NCBI GenBank assembly: GCA_963750165.1
Contig: CAVVPN010000001.1
Coordinates: forward strand, 320,001 to 384,000
From: an uncultured Gemmataceae bacterium
GTDB taxonomy: Bacteria; Planctomycetota; Planctomycetia; Gemmatales; Gemmataceae
DNA length: 64,000 nt
Direction: 5' to 3'
Below are positions 1 through 9,839 of the stretch, piece after piece (within the stretch, counting starts at the first letter, position 1; each line of letters starts with the position of its first letter). The translations under genes and the position numbers were made by a program. The notes below the pieces were generated by a model. That model saw only the letters and a program-made list of their open reading frames with translations. It had not been told where the DNA came from and searched no databases.

Positions 1-1428
1 CTGCGTTTCAAACTGTCCGTGATGATGTTCCTGGAGTTCTTCATCTGGGGCTCCTGGCTGCCGCTCATCTTCGGCTACCTGCCCGCCCTGGGCTTCAGCA
101 CCAGCGAACAATCGTGGATCCTGAACGCCTTCGCCCTGGCGTCGTTCACGGCGATGTTCTTCAGCACGCAGTTCGCCGACCGCAACTTTTCCGGCGAAAA
201 ATTCATGGCCTTCAGCCACCTCGTCGGCGGACTCGCCATTTTGGGGCTGGGCTTCGTTGACAGCTTCCTGGCCTTCTTCGCGCTGATGCTGCTGCACTCG
301 CTGTTCTACGTGCCGACCATCTCCATCAGTAACGCCGTCGCCTTCGCCAACCTCAAGGACGCGCAGCGCGATTTCGGCATGGTGCGGCTGTGGGGCACCA
401 TCGGCTGGATCGCCGCCAGCTGGCCGTTCGTGTTCATCCTGACGGACTGGGACAAGGTGGCCGCCGCCCAGCCGGCCAGCTTCATCGACTGGCTCGGCCT
501 GGCGATGGGCACGCCGAAGACGGGCGCCGCGCTGATCACCGCCACAAGCTCCACGTTCATCACTGCGGGCGTGGCGTCGCTGATCCTGGCTGGCTTCAGC
601 CTGTACCTGCCGCACACGCCGCCGCGGCCGGCCGCCCCCGGCGGCGAAAAGTTCGCCTGGCTGGAGGCGCTCAAGCTGCTGCGCGTGCCCTTCATGCTGG
701 TGCTGTTCGTCGTCACCTTCATCGACGCGATGGTGCATCAGGGCTTTTTCGTGCTGACGGCCACCTACCTGATTGACGTGGTGAAGATCCCCGCGCAGTG
801 GGTGATGCCAGTGATGAGCATCGGCCAGATCGCGGAGATCGGCACCATGGCCGTGCTGGGCTACTTCCTGAAGCGGTTCGGCTGGAAGATGACGATGGTG
901 ATCGGCGTGCTGGGTCATACGGTGCGCTTCGCGGTCTTCGCGTTCGCCCCGGAGCTGCCGTGGCTGGTGATCCTGGTGAACGTGCTGCACGGCATCTGCT
1001 ACGCCTTTTTCTTCGCCACGGTGTACATCTTCGTGGACGAGTTCTTCCCCAAGGACGCTCGCTCCAGTGCTCAGGGGTTGTTCAACTTCCTGATTCTCGG
1101 CCTGGGGCCGTTCGTCGCCAATTTCCTGTGGCCGGAGTTGCGCGACCACGTGTTCAAGCACGCCGGCCAGGTGGACTACGAGGGGCTGTTCCTGGTGCCT
1201 TCGGGCATCGGCCTGGCCGGAGCCCTGCTGCTGCTGGTGTTTTTCAATCCGCCAGCCCGGGCCCAGCCGGCGGTGGACGGGACACCCCTTCACGGAGCAA
1301 GCAACCTTGCCGAGGCCATCCAGTCCACCGGCGACGGGGCGCGAACCGTGCCGGCCGCGGTGGACGAGGCCATCCGCCCGGCCAACTATCCGGTGCCGCC
1401 GGGGGAGGGCACAACCGCGTCGTCCTGA
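1..1428 (+). CDS. MFS nucleoside:H+ symporter-like permease (NupG/XapB family); 5' end lies upstream of the window
   Basis: Frame is open from base 1 (LRFKLSVMMFLEFFIWGSW). About 12 hydrophobic helices, with family-like motifs RLWGTIGWI, GQIAEI and LHGICYAFFF. Confidence 0.85.
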   Translation: MRFKLSVMMFLEFFIWGSWLPLIFGYLPALGFSTSEQSWILNAFALASFTAMFFSTQFADRNFSGEKFMAFSHLVGGLAILGLGFVDSFLAFFALMLLHSLFYVPTISISNAVAFANLKDAQRDFGMVRLWGTIGWIAASWPFVFILTDWDKVAAAQPASFIDWLGLAMGTPKTGAALITATSSTFITAGVASLILAGFSLYLPHTPPRPAAPGGEKFAWLEALKLLRVPFMLVLFVVTFIDAMVHQGFFVLTATYLIDVVKIPAQWVMPVMSIGQIAEIGTMAVLGYFLKRFGWKMTMVIGVLGHTVRFAVFAFAPELPWLVILVNVLHGICYAFFFATVYIFVDEFFPKDARSSAQGLFNFLILGLGPFVANFLWPELRDHVFKHAGQVDYEGLFLVPSGIGLAGALLLLVFFNPPARAQPAVDGTPLHGASNLAEAIQSTGDGARTVPAAVDEAIRPANYPVPPGEGTTASS

Positions 1429-1433
1429 TCCGT

Positions 1434-1488
1434 CCCTCCTCGTTTACGTTTCGCGCGCCGCGAGCGCGCGAAACGTAAACGAGGAGGG
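1434..1488. repeat. REP-like palindrome, family GTTTACGTTTCGCG...CGCGAAACGTAAAC
   Basis: Long inverted repeat just after the stop codon; related copies at 20735-20781 and 34331-34376. Confidence 0.8.
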
Positions 1489-1640
1489 GCGTGCGCCGAT
1501 ACCCATTCACCAAAGTCCATTTTTACTGGACAACCCCACCCCCGCCGCGGTTCAATACAAGACAGCGGCGGCCCGTCGCGGCTCTCCCCGTCTCGTCGCC
1601 CTGGCGTTCCTGACCTCGGACTACCCGGAGAGGTGTTTCC

Positions 1641-4600
1641 ATGCCACAAACCTGCGCCCACTGCGCGCGGATCAACCCGCTGGACGCCCGGTATTGCTAC
1701 TACGACGGCAGCGCCCTTAACGGCGCCGGCGGCGCCGCCAGTCCGCAGGCCATCGGCACGCAGCCGTTTCCGATGCCGTTCGTTTTCGCTGACGGCCATT
1801 CCTGCCGCAACTTCGACCAGCTGGCCGTCGGCTGCCAGGAGCACTGGGCGGAGGCGCTCGACCTGCTGAAAGAGGGGTCGCTGGAACGCTTCCTGGGTGG
1901 TCTGGGCCGGGCAGACCTGGCCGCCGCCGCGCAGGCCGCGGCCGCCTTCCCCGATCGCGAACGCGGCCTCGACCAGCTGCTCGCCCGACTGCCCAGCCAG
2001 GCCCTGCAAGCGCCGAAACTGCGCGTCGAGCCGCAGGAGATCAACCTTGGCATCCTGAAGCGCGGCCAACCGGCTCGCTTTGAACTGCATCTGGAAAATC
2101 AGGGCGGCCGGCTGCTCTACGGCTCCGCGGTGGCCACGTGCAACTGGCTGCGCCTCGGTGACGGCGCCGGCGTCGCGCAGAAGTTGTTCCAGTTCGGCGG
2201 TGAGGGTGTCCTCGGCGTGCAGGTGGTGCCCGAGCAGGCTGCGCCGGGCCCAAGGGCATGGAGGGCCGCGTGGTCGTCGAGTCCAACGGCGGCAGTGTAT
2301 CCGTGACGGTGCGGGCGGAGGTGCCGACGATGCCGTTTGCGCAGGGCGTGCTGGCCGGGGCGACGACGCCCCGGCAGCTGGCCGAGAAGGCCAAGGCCGC
2401 CCCCAGGGAAGCGGCCGCGTTCTTCGAGAACGGGACGGTGCAGCAGTGGTATCAGGACAACGGCTGGACCTACCCGGTGCAGGGACCGAATGCCAGCGGC
2501 CTGGGTGCCGTGCAGCAGTTCTTCGAGGCCCTGGGATTGGCGAAGGCGCCGCGGGTTGAGATGGCGGAGTCGGCCATATTCCTGCGCGGCAAGCCGGGCG
2601 AGAAACTGCGGCACAATTTGGTGGTGCGCAGCACGGAGAAGCGGCCGGTGTTCGCGCACGCGCGCAGCGACCAGCCGTGGCTGATGGTCGGCCTGGTGCA
2701 GCTGCAGGGGGCGACTGCGACGGTGCTGCTGGAGGTGAGCCCGGTACCGCAGCGGCCCGGCCAGACGCTGCAGGCCAACGTCACGGTGACCGCCAACGGC
2801 AATCAGCAGTTCGTTCTGCCGGTGACGCTGACGGTGGACAGGGCCACGAACGTCAAGAGCGCCGCGGCCGCCGCGGTCGTGCCGGCGCTGGCGGTGCTGC
2901 TGCCCGAGGCGATGAAGCCGACCGTGACGATGGCCCACGCCGACACCGACATCGGCGACAGCGGCACCGGTCGCAAAACGCAGTCGGTTCGCGCCGGCCG
3001 CCCGTCGTCCGCCGCCGCCGCGCCTCCGTCCCGGCGGCCGCGCACGCGCCCCCGCGAGGAAGAGGGCGGCGGCAACACTCTGAAGTACGTGCTGGCGGCG
3101 TTTGGGGCGCTGCTGTTGCTGGTGCTGGGCGGCGGGTTCTTCGTGCTGGTCAGCGGCGTCCTCAACCCGGCGGCGGAGAAGGACGAATCGGCGGCGAAGA
3201 AGAACGGCCCGGTCAACATCGCCCTGGAGGATGACCGGACGGAGAAGGTCAAGGGGGGCAAGAAGAAGCCCGGCAAGACGATCACCGTGGTGCAGGTCAA
3301 GGACGAGGGCGAGGAGGTGACGCGGCTGGTGGTCGATCAGCCGGGGGCGCCGGTGGTGGCCAGGGTGGTCGAGGAGAAGGACGAGGGGCCGCCGCCGATG
3401 AAGCCCAGGACCGAGGTGGTCATCAAGGACGAGCCGGCCGAGGGGCCGGCGGGCGCGGCCGGTTTCCCGCTGGACCCGAACCCGTTGGTGCGCTACCAGC
3501 GCGGCGGCGCCGAGTTCGGTATCACCGCGGTGCGCGACCGCCGTGGACAGCCGCTCAACAAGCTCATCACCTATTCGCCGGTGGGCCAGACCAGCCGCAC
3601 CATCATCCGCGTGAACAATACGGCGCTCCCCCTGGTCAACTTGCAGCAGGCCGCCGGCCCCGACCAGCAGTTGCCCGACGACCGGAACCGCCGGGCGTAC
3701 TTCCGCAGTGAGCGTGTCTACCGCTTCGGGAAGCTGACGCTGCGCCACATCCTGGAGATCGTGCCCAGCAAGCAGCCAGCGGTCGTGAACGGCCAGAAGA
3801 AGCGGCTGCTGGACACGGTGCTGGTGCGTTACATCTTTGAAAACGCCGACACGAAGGCGTACACCTTCGGCATGCGCGCCCAGGTAGACACGCTGATCGG
3901 CGGCAACGACGGCGTGCCGTTCACCATCCCGGGCTATCCCGGCCTGGTGAACACCTTCGCGGACTTCCGCACCCCCATGCACAAGATGCCGACGTTCATC
4001 CAGGCGCTGGAGTTTCCCAACTTGCAGAACCCGGGCACGGTGGCGCTGATGACGATCCAGGTGGGCGGCAAGGTGGAGCCGCCGGCGCGCATGAGCCTGA
4101 CCGCCTGGCCGTCCGACCGCGGCCAGTACGAGGTGCCGGTGACCAACATGGGCAACGACTCGTGCGTGGTTCTGTACTGGCCGGACAAGCAGCTCAAGCC
4201 CCGGCAGCGCCGCGAAATGGGCTACGCCTACGGCCTGGGCGCCGTGGACGCCGGCGAGGCGGGCGGCAAGTTCGCGATCACGCTGAACGGCAACTTCGAG
4301 CCGGGCCAGCAGTTCACCACCACGGCCCTGTTCACCAACCCGAAGGCGAATCAGCTGGCGCAAATCCAGGTGCCGCCGGGCCTGACGGTGGAGGGCGCGG
4401 CCAACGTGAAGGTGCCGGCGGCCAACGCCGGCGCCGCCGTGGTCACCTGGAACGTCAAGGTCGAGAAGCCGGGCGAGTTCCGCGTGAGCGTGATCTCCGA
4501 TGGTGTCAAGCAGTCGAAGCTCATCAGCATCACGCAGAAGGAGGCGCCGAACCTCGGCAAACTGGCGATGAAGCTGGACGGCTCCTATGAGATCGGCGAG

Positions 4601-5491
4601 TCGTTCAACGTGACGGTGACGGCGACCGAGTTCCCGGCCGACCAGACGCTGACGCTGAAACTGCCGAAGGAACTGGAGCTGAACCCGCCGGACGGCTCCG
4701 CGACGCAGCTGGTGCCGGAGGCCGACAAGGACACGAAGGCCGCCACGGTGCGCTGGAAGGTGAAGGTGAAGGAGCACGGCACCTTTCCAGTGCGCGTCGA
4801 GAGCAGCAACGGCCTGGCCAAGACGGCGACGCTGACGGTGCAGAAGCAGACCGACCTGGGCCGCTTCACGCTGAAGCTCGACGGCCAGTTCGAGCCGGGC
4901 AAGACGTTCACCGTCAAGGCGCTGGTGACCCGGCCGGCGCCGAAGCAGACGCTGAGCCTGGATTTGCCGAAGGAGCTGACCTGCACGAAACCGGACCTGG
5001 TGCAGACCGTGCCGGCGGCGGACGGCGGCGAAACCAGTACGGTGAGCTGGGAAGTCAAGGTGGGCGGCCTGGGCCAGCTGCCGATGCGCGTGCGGAGCAG
5101 TCTCGGGCTGACCAAGGTGGTGACGCTGGACCTGCGGCAGAAGACGGAGGGGGCGGTCGAGGCGGTGGACAACTTCCGGTTGTCGTTCGCCGGCGACATC
5201 GCGCCGGGCAAGGAATTCCAGCTGATTGCGAAGGTGACGAACCCGGTGCCGGGTCAGAAGCTGACGTTTCGGGTGCCGTCGCAGTTGAAGCTGGTCGAGG
5301 GGCCGGCGACGCAAACGGTGCCGGCCACACCGGGCATCCACGAGGTGGCGTGGCGCGTGCGCGTGGTGGACATCGGCCGCATCCCAATGGTGGTCGATTC
5401 GACGACGGGCTTTCGCAAGACCAAGACGGTCACGCTGACCAGCGTCGAGAAGGAGAAGACGCAGACCGGCGGCAACATCTTCGGGAAGTGA
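1641..5491 (+). CDS. Large membrane-anchored hypothetical protein (N-terminal Zn-ribbon, central TM helix, four C-terminal Ig-like beta repeats); apparent frameshift at ~2230-2257
   Basis: ORF 1641-2306 (CAHC...CYYDG) and ORF 2258-5491 join logically (...VQVVP / AGPKGMEGRVVVESNGG). TM segment YVLAAFGALLLLVLGGGFFVLV. Repeats begin GKFAITLNG, GKLAMKLDG, GRFTLKLDG, NFRLSFAG. Confidence 0.65.
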
Positions 5492-5526
5492 GGAAGCCAG
5501 GCGGCCGTCCGTTTTGCGAGGGGCCT

Positions 5527-5844
5527 ATGCCATACGTGATTCGCTGTCCGCATTGTCGAAAACCGATGCAGGTTCCCGGTCAAGCGGCCGGCCGCGATGT
5601 CCGTTGTCCTGCGTGCAACCAGCCGTTCACGGTCCCGCCCAGCGACCCGGACGCGAACGCGGGGACCGTCGGCAAGCCCGATCCAGGACCAGGGCGCGGC
5701 GGTGCTGCCCGTGAACAAGACGCTTCGGCCTGGAGCTTGAGCCATGCCGCCGGTATTCCCCTTGACCATCCTGCCCCCGAGGAATACGGTAATGATTCTG
5801 ACCATTCCACAAGGCACAGCAGGGATGTGGATGTGCGCGGGTAG
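5527..5844 (+). CDS. Small Zn-ribbon (MJ0042-like) hypothetical protein
   Basis: MPYVIRCPHCRKPMQVP...VRCPACNQPF contains two CxxC pairs. The C-terminal part is low-complexity and uncertain. Confidence 0.5.
   Translation: MPYVIRCPHCRKPMQVPGQAAGRDVRCPACNQPFTVPPSDPDANAGTVGKPDPGPGRGGAAREQDASAWSLSHAAGIPLDHPAPEEYGNDSDHSTRHSRDVDVRG
5762..5790 (+). promoter_or_regulatory. Putative sigma70 promoter for rpsL
   Basis: TTGACC-17 nt-TACGGT, about 77 nt upstream of the rpsL start. Confidence 0.4.
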
Positions 5845-5866
5845 AGCGTTGACCGGAGAGAAGTGA

Positions 5867-6241
5867 ATGCCGACCATTAATCAACTGGTGCGGAAGCCGC
5901 GCCGGCAGCAGTATCGCAAACCGAAACACCCGGCCATGCAGGGCTGCCCACAGAAGCGCGGCGTCTGCCTGCAGGTCAAGACCATGACGCCCAAGAAGCC
6001 GAACTCCGCCATGCGCAAGGTGGCGCGTGTGCGATTGTCCAACGGCATCGAAGTGACGGCCTACATTCCCGGCGAGGGGCACAATCTGCAAGAGCACTCG
6101 ATCGTCCTGGTGCGCGGCGGGCGTGTGCGCGACCTCCCTGGTGTCCGTTACCACATCATCCGCGGCGTCCTGGATTCGCAGGGCGTGGCGGATCGCAAGC
6201 AGGCCCGTTCCAAGTACGGGGCCAAGCGCGAAGGCGGCTAA
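5867..6241 (+). CDS. rpsL: 30S ribosomal protein S12
   Basis: [31 protein letters not shown]. Confidence 0.99.
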   Translation: MPTINQLVRKPRRQQYRKPKHPAMQGCPQKRGVCLQVKTMTPKKPNSAMRKVARVRLSNGIEVTAYIPGEGHNLQEHSIVLVRGGRVRDLPGVRYHIIRGVLDSQGVADRKQARSKYGAKREGG

Positions 6242-6316
6242 GGGCCTGTCCGCCCCAGGGCGGGCAGGCCGCAACCGCTGCGGTGAGGGTACGGACTCTG
6301 GTCCCGGGAGAGGTCG

Positions 6317-6559
6317 ATGATGCTCGAAGTGAAGGTCGAACTGGACTTCACGTGTTGTACTTGTGGCGCCTGCACGAGCGTGACGCTCAAGTGTGCGGGC
6401 AAGGGGCTCAGTCAGGGGTTGCACGCGGTGGCGGCGGTGCAGGTGCCGTGCCCCAGTTGCGCCCACTCGAATCAACTCGTGTTCGAGCCGAACGGCACCC
6501 TGCACGCGGTGGCTCCCTGCCCCGCGCCGCGGCGGTTGCCCGAACCGTCGCTCAACTAA
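6317..6559 (+). CDS. Small Cys-rich Zn-ribbon hypothetical protein
   Basis: 80 aa with CCTC and CPSC motifs, GGAGAGG upstream, host-like codon usage; lies between rpsL and rpsG. Confidence 0.7.
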   Translation: MMLEVKVELDFTCCTCGACTSVTLKCAGKGLSQGLHAVAAVQVPCPSCAHSNQLVFEPNGTLHAVAPCPAPRRLPEPSLN

Positions 6560-6583
6560 CGAACGTCAAGGAAACGCGAACCG

Positions 6584-7057
6584 ATGGCACGCAAGCGAAC
6601 CGCCAGCTACACGACACTCAGGCCCGACCCGCGCTACGGCTCGGATCTGGCCAGCAAGTTCATCAACTGCCTGATGTGGCAAGGCAAGAAGGCGACGGCG
6701 ATGCGCATCTTCTATGGCGCACTCGACCAGATCAAGAAGCGGATGCCGGATGCCAACCCGATTGAGGTCTTCACCTCGGCGGTCGAGCACGTCAAGCCGA
6801 CCGTGGAGGTGCGCTCCAAACGCGTCGGCGGGGCCACCTACCAGGTGCCGATGCAGGTGAACAAGAAACGGCAGCAGAGTTTGGCGATTCGCTGGATCAT
6901 CGGGGCGTCGCGCGGCAAGTCTGGCCGGCCGATGTTCCTGCGTCTGGCCGACGAACTCATGGCCGCCTACCGCCGCGAGGGCGAGGCCATGAGCAAGCGC
7001 GAGAACACCATCAAGATGGCCGAGTCGAACAAGGCGTTCGCGCACTTCGCGTGGTGA
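6584..7057 (+). CDS. rpsG: 30S ribosomal protein S7
   Basis: [35 protein letters not shown]. Confidence 0.99.
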   Translation: MARKRTASYTTLRPDPRYGSDLASKFINCLMWQGKKATAMRIFYGALDQIKKRMPDANPIEVFTSAVEHVKPTVEVRSKRVGGATYQVPMQVNKKRQQSLAIRWIIGASRGKSGRPMFLRLADELMAAYRREGEAMSKRENTIKMAESNKAFAHFAW

Positions 7058-7073
7058 CGCCTTCCGAGCCAAT

Positions 7074-7105
7074 TCCGAGTCCGAGCGCCAGCGCTCGGGC
7101 TCGGA
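7074..7105. repeat. Collapsed copy of the CCGAGCCCGAGCGCCAGCG REP family
   Basis: tccgagtccgagcgccagcgctcgggctcgga hairpin between convergent genes. Confidence 0.55.
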
Positions 7106-7113
7106 TCTTTTAC

Positions 7114-7368
7114 TTACATGTGACGAGCGCAAATCGACCAGGCACGCTCCAGTTCGGATCCCGCTTCCTGGATCGCCTCGGCGCCCTTCTGGAGCGCGTT
7201 CGCCAGTTTCGGTCGGCCGCGGTGCGCGTCGGCGCTCCCATCCGCTGCTAACTTCGCCGCCAGCGCACGCAAGAACAAGGCCAGCGCATCATAGCGCAGG
7301 TCGCCCACGTCGCCGGCGAGCTGCGTGAGTGTCCCTGGGTAGCGCTCGACCTCCTCGCGATGGATCAT
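7114..7368 (-). CDS. Small alpha-helical hypothetical protein
   Basis: MIHREEVERYPGTLTQLAGDVGDLRYDAL...RAWSICARHM; protein-like composition. Confidence 0.65.
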   Translation of the reverse strand: MIHREEVERYPGTLTQLAGDVGDLRYDALALFLRALAAKLAADGSADAHRGRPKLANALQKGAEAIQEAGSELERAWSICARHM

Positions 7369-7593
7369 TGCTGCCCCCAATACGACGCGCCGTTTCCAGC
7401 GCAAACGGTTCGTGCCCTGAACCCGCGCGCTCCTTCCGCCATCCTTTCGAGGATTCTATCTGCGGCCGCACCGGCGCACCAGCCGGCCGGGCAGCTTTGC
7501 GGACGGTCGCGCGCCCCCTACCATAACCGCAGCGGGTCGGCCCGCCACGGCGGTAGAATGCCCGTACCCACGGAACACGCAAAGGACCGGACC

Positions 7594-9696
7594 ATGGCCA
7601 CCCTCGACCTGCGCAAACTGCGGAACATCGGCGTCATCGCCCACATCGACGCCGGCAAGACCACCACCACCGAACACATCCTCTATTACGCCGGCGCCAA
7701 GCACAAGCTCGGCGGCGTCGATGAGGGCACCACCGACACCGACTACGACCAGGAGGAACAGGAACGCGGCATCACCATCTACAGCGCCTGCATTCCGTTC
7801 CAGTGGCGCGACTGCACCGTCAACCTGATCGACACGCCCGGCCACGTCGATTTCACCGCCGAGGTCGAACGCTCGCTGCGCGTCCTCGACGGCGCTGTCG
7901 TCGTCTTCGACGCTCAGAAAGGCGTCGAGGCCCAGTCCGAAACCGTCTGGCGCCAGGCCGACAAGTATGAGGTGCCGCGCCTCGTCTTCGTCAACAAGAT
8001 GGACGTGGTCGGGGCGAATTTCGACAACGTGCTGGAAGAAGTCCGCGAGCGCCTGGAGGGCAAGCCGGTGCCGGTGACCATCCCCATTGGCAGCGGCTCG
8101 CCCAAGGACAGTCACACACCCTTCAGCGCCATCATCGACGTGATCGCCATGCAGGCGCTGTACTTCGACGAGAAGACCAACGGCAAAACCATCCGCACGG
8201 AGCCGATCCCCGCGGACTACGAGCCGGCCGCGCGCCGCTGGCGCGACAACCTCTTCGAGGTGCTGACGCAGCACGACGACAGGGACCAGCTAACCAGCGC
8301 CTACCTCGAAGGCAAGGACATCCCCGCGGACACCATCCGCGCCGTGCTGCGCGAGCAGACGCTCAGGCGGCTCATCCAGCCGGTGCTGTGCGGCTCGGGC
8401 CGCGAGCACATCGGCGTGCAGCCGCTCATGGACGCGGTGACCTACTACCTGCCCAGCCCGCTCGACCGGCCGCCCGTCAAGGGGATCAACCCCACGAAGA
8501 AGGACAAGATCGAGGAACGCAAGCCGGACCCGAAGGAGCCGTTCAGCGGTCTCGTCTTCAAGATCATCACCGACAAGCATGCGGACCTGTTCTACGTTCG
8601 CGTCTACTCCGGCACGCTCAAGGCCAACAGCCGCGTCTGGAACGCCGGCCGGCAACTCAAGGAATTCGCGTCGAAGCTGTATCACATCCACGCCGACCCG
8701 CGGCACCGCGACGAACTGCCCGCGGCGCCTGCCGGCGACATCGTGGCCATTATCGGCCCGCGCGAAGAGACGATCACCGGCGACACGCTCTGCGACCCGC
8801 TGCACCCGATCCTGCTGGAGCAGATCAAGTTCGCCGAGGCGGTCGTCAGCCGCTCCATCGAGCCGGAGACATCCGCGGACAAGGACAAGATGATTGAGGT
8901 GCTCAATCGCCTGAAGCGCGAGGACCCGACCTTCACCTGGCGCGTCGATCCGGACACCGGCCAGACGCTGATGAACGGTATGGGCCTGCTGCACCTGGAG
9001 GTCAAGCAGCACAAAATGGAGCGCGAGTATCGTCTGAAGGCGCGCGTCGGCAAGCCGCGCGTCAGCTACCGCGAGACGCTGAAGCGACCGGTACGCATCG
9101 AGGGCGAGTGCGTCAAGCAGACCGGCACCACCGGCCTGTTCGCGAAGGTGACCGTCGCGTTCGAGCCGACCCGGGGCAAGCCGACCGAGGTCGTCAACCA
9201 GCTGCCGCCAGAGAAACTGCCGCCGGAGTTCGTCGTCGCGGCGGAGCAGGGCATCCGCGGGGCATTGTCGTCGGGCAACCTCGGCTATCCGGTGATCGAC
9301 GTGAAGGTGACGCTGCTGGACGGCCAACTCGACGAGCAGCTGTCCAACGATATCGCCTTCCAGGCGGCCGGCGCCGACGCCGTGAACAAGGCGCTGAAGG
9401 ATAACATGGTGCTGCTGGAGCCGGTCATGGAGGTCGAGGTGACGGTGCCGGAGGAGTACCTGGGGCCGGTGACAGCGGACCTGAACCAGCGGCGCTCGGA
9501 GATCACGTCGATGAACGCGCGCGGCAAACTGAGCGTCATCGAGGCGCTGGTGCCGCTGGCCAAGATGTTCGACTATTCCGACAAGATCCGCAGCCTGACC
9601 GCTGGCCGCGCCGGCTGGACGATGGAGCCGCGCTCCTATGTCGCGGTGCCGGAGGACGTGTTACGCGGGCTGCTGAACCCGGAAGATGCGTATTGA
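7594..9696 (+). CDS. fusA: Elongation factor G, divergent (spdEFG2-like) paralogue
   Basis: RNIGVIAHIDAGKTT, ERGITI, DTPGHVDF, NKMD and full five-domain length; domain IV loops are divergent. Confidence 0.95.
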   Translation: MATLDLRKLRNIGVIAHIDAGKTTTTEHILYYAGAKHKLGGVDEGTTDTDYDQEEQERGITIYSACIPFQWRDCTVNLIDTPGHVDFTAEVERSLRVLDGAVVVFDAQKGVEAQSETVWRQADKYEVPRLVFVNKMDVVGANFDNVLEEVRERLEGKPVPVTIPIGSGSPKDSHTPFSAIIDVIAMQALYFDEKTNGKTIRTEPIPADYEPAARRWRDNLFEVLTQHDDRDQLTSAYLEGKDIPADTIRAVLREQTLRRLIQPVLCGSGREHIGVQPLMDAVTYYLPSPLDRPPVKGINPTKKDKIEERKPDPKEPFSGLVFKIITDKHADLFYVRVYSGTLKANSRVWNAGRQLKEFASKLYHIHADPRHRDELPAAPAGDIVAIIGPREETITGDTLCDPLHPILLEQIKFAEAVVSRSIEPETSADKDKMIEVLNRLKREDPTFTWRVDPDTGQTLMNGMGLLHLEVKQHKMEREYRLKARVGKPRVSYRETLKRPVRIEGECVKQTGTTGLFAKVTVAFEPTRGKPTEVVNQLPPEKLPPEFVVAAEQGIRGALSSGNLGYPVIDVKVTLLDGQLDEQLSNDIAFQAAGADAVNKALKDNMVLLEPVMEVEVTVPEEYLGPVTADLNQRRSEITSMNARGKLSVIEALVPLAKMFDYSDKIRSLTAGRAGWTMEPRSYVAVPEDVLRGLLNPEDAY

Positions 9697-9770
9697 GCCG
9701 CGCACAGAGTGTACTCGCGGAGTAAGCTGCCGCCCGCTTACTCCGCGAGTACGCTCCGTGCGCGGCTCAA
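9693..9770. repeat. REP-like long hairpin (TTGAGCCGCGCAC...GGAGTAAGC...GCTTACTCC...GTGCGCGGCTCAA); possible terminator
   Basis: Near-perfect ~35-bp arms between convergent fusA and WD40 genes. Confidence 0.8.
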
Positions 9771-9839
9771 ACGAGTCGTCTTTGTTTCCGAACGCGCTCA
9801 GCGCCCCGCGCTAAGCCGCAAGCGGCGGACAAGACGGAC

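Noticed and set aside
2230..2257. Programmed frameshifting in the broken chromosomal genes
   Set aside because: No slippery heptamers at these sites; only the IS3 A7G site fits a programmed frameshift.
2117..5341. 1074-aa minus-strand ORF and similar long antisense ORFs (10464-12518, 34507-36729, 48757-50250, 62503-63975)
   Set aside because: Shadow ORFs caused by high-GC codon bias opposite well-supported genes; no recognisable motifs.
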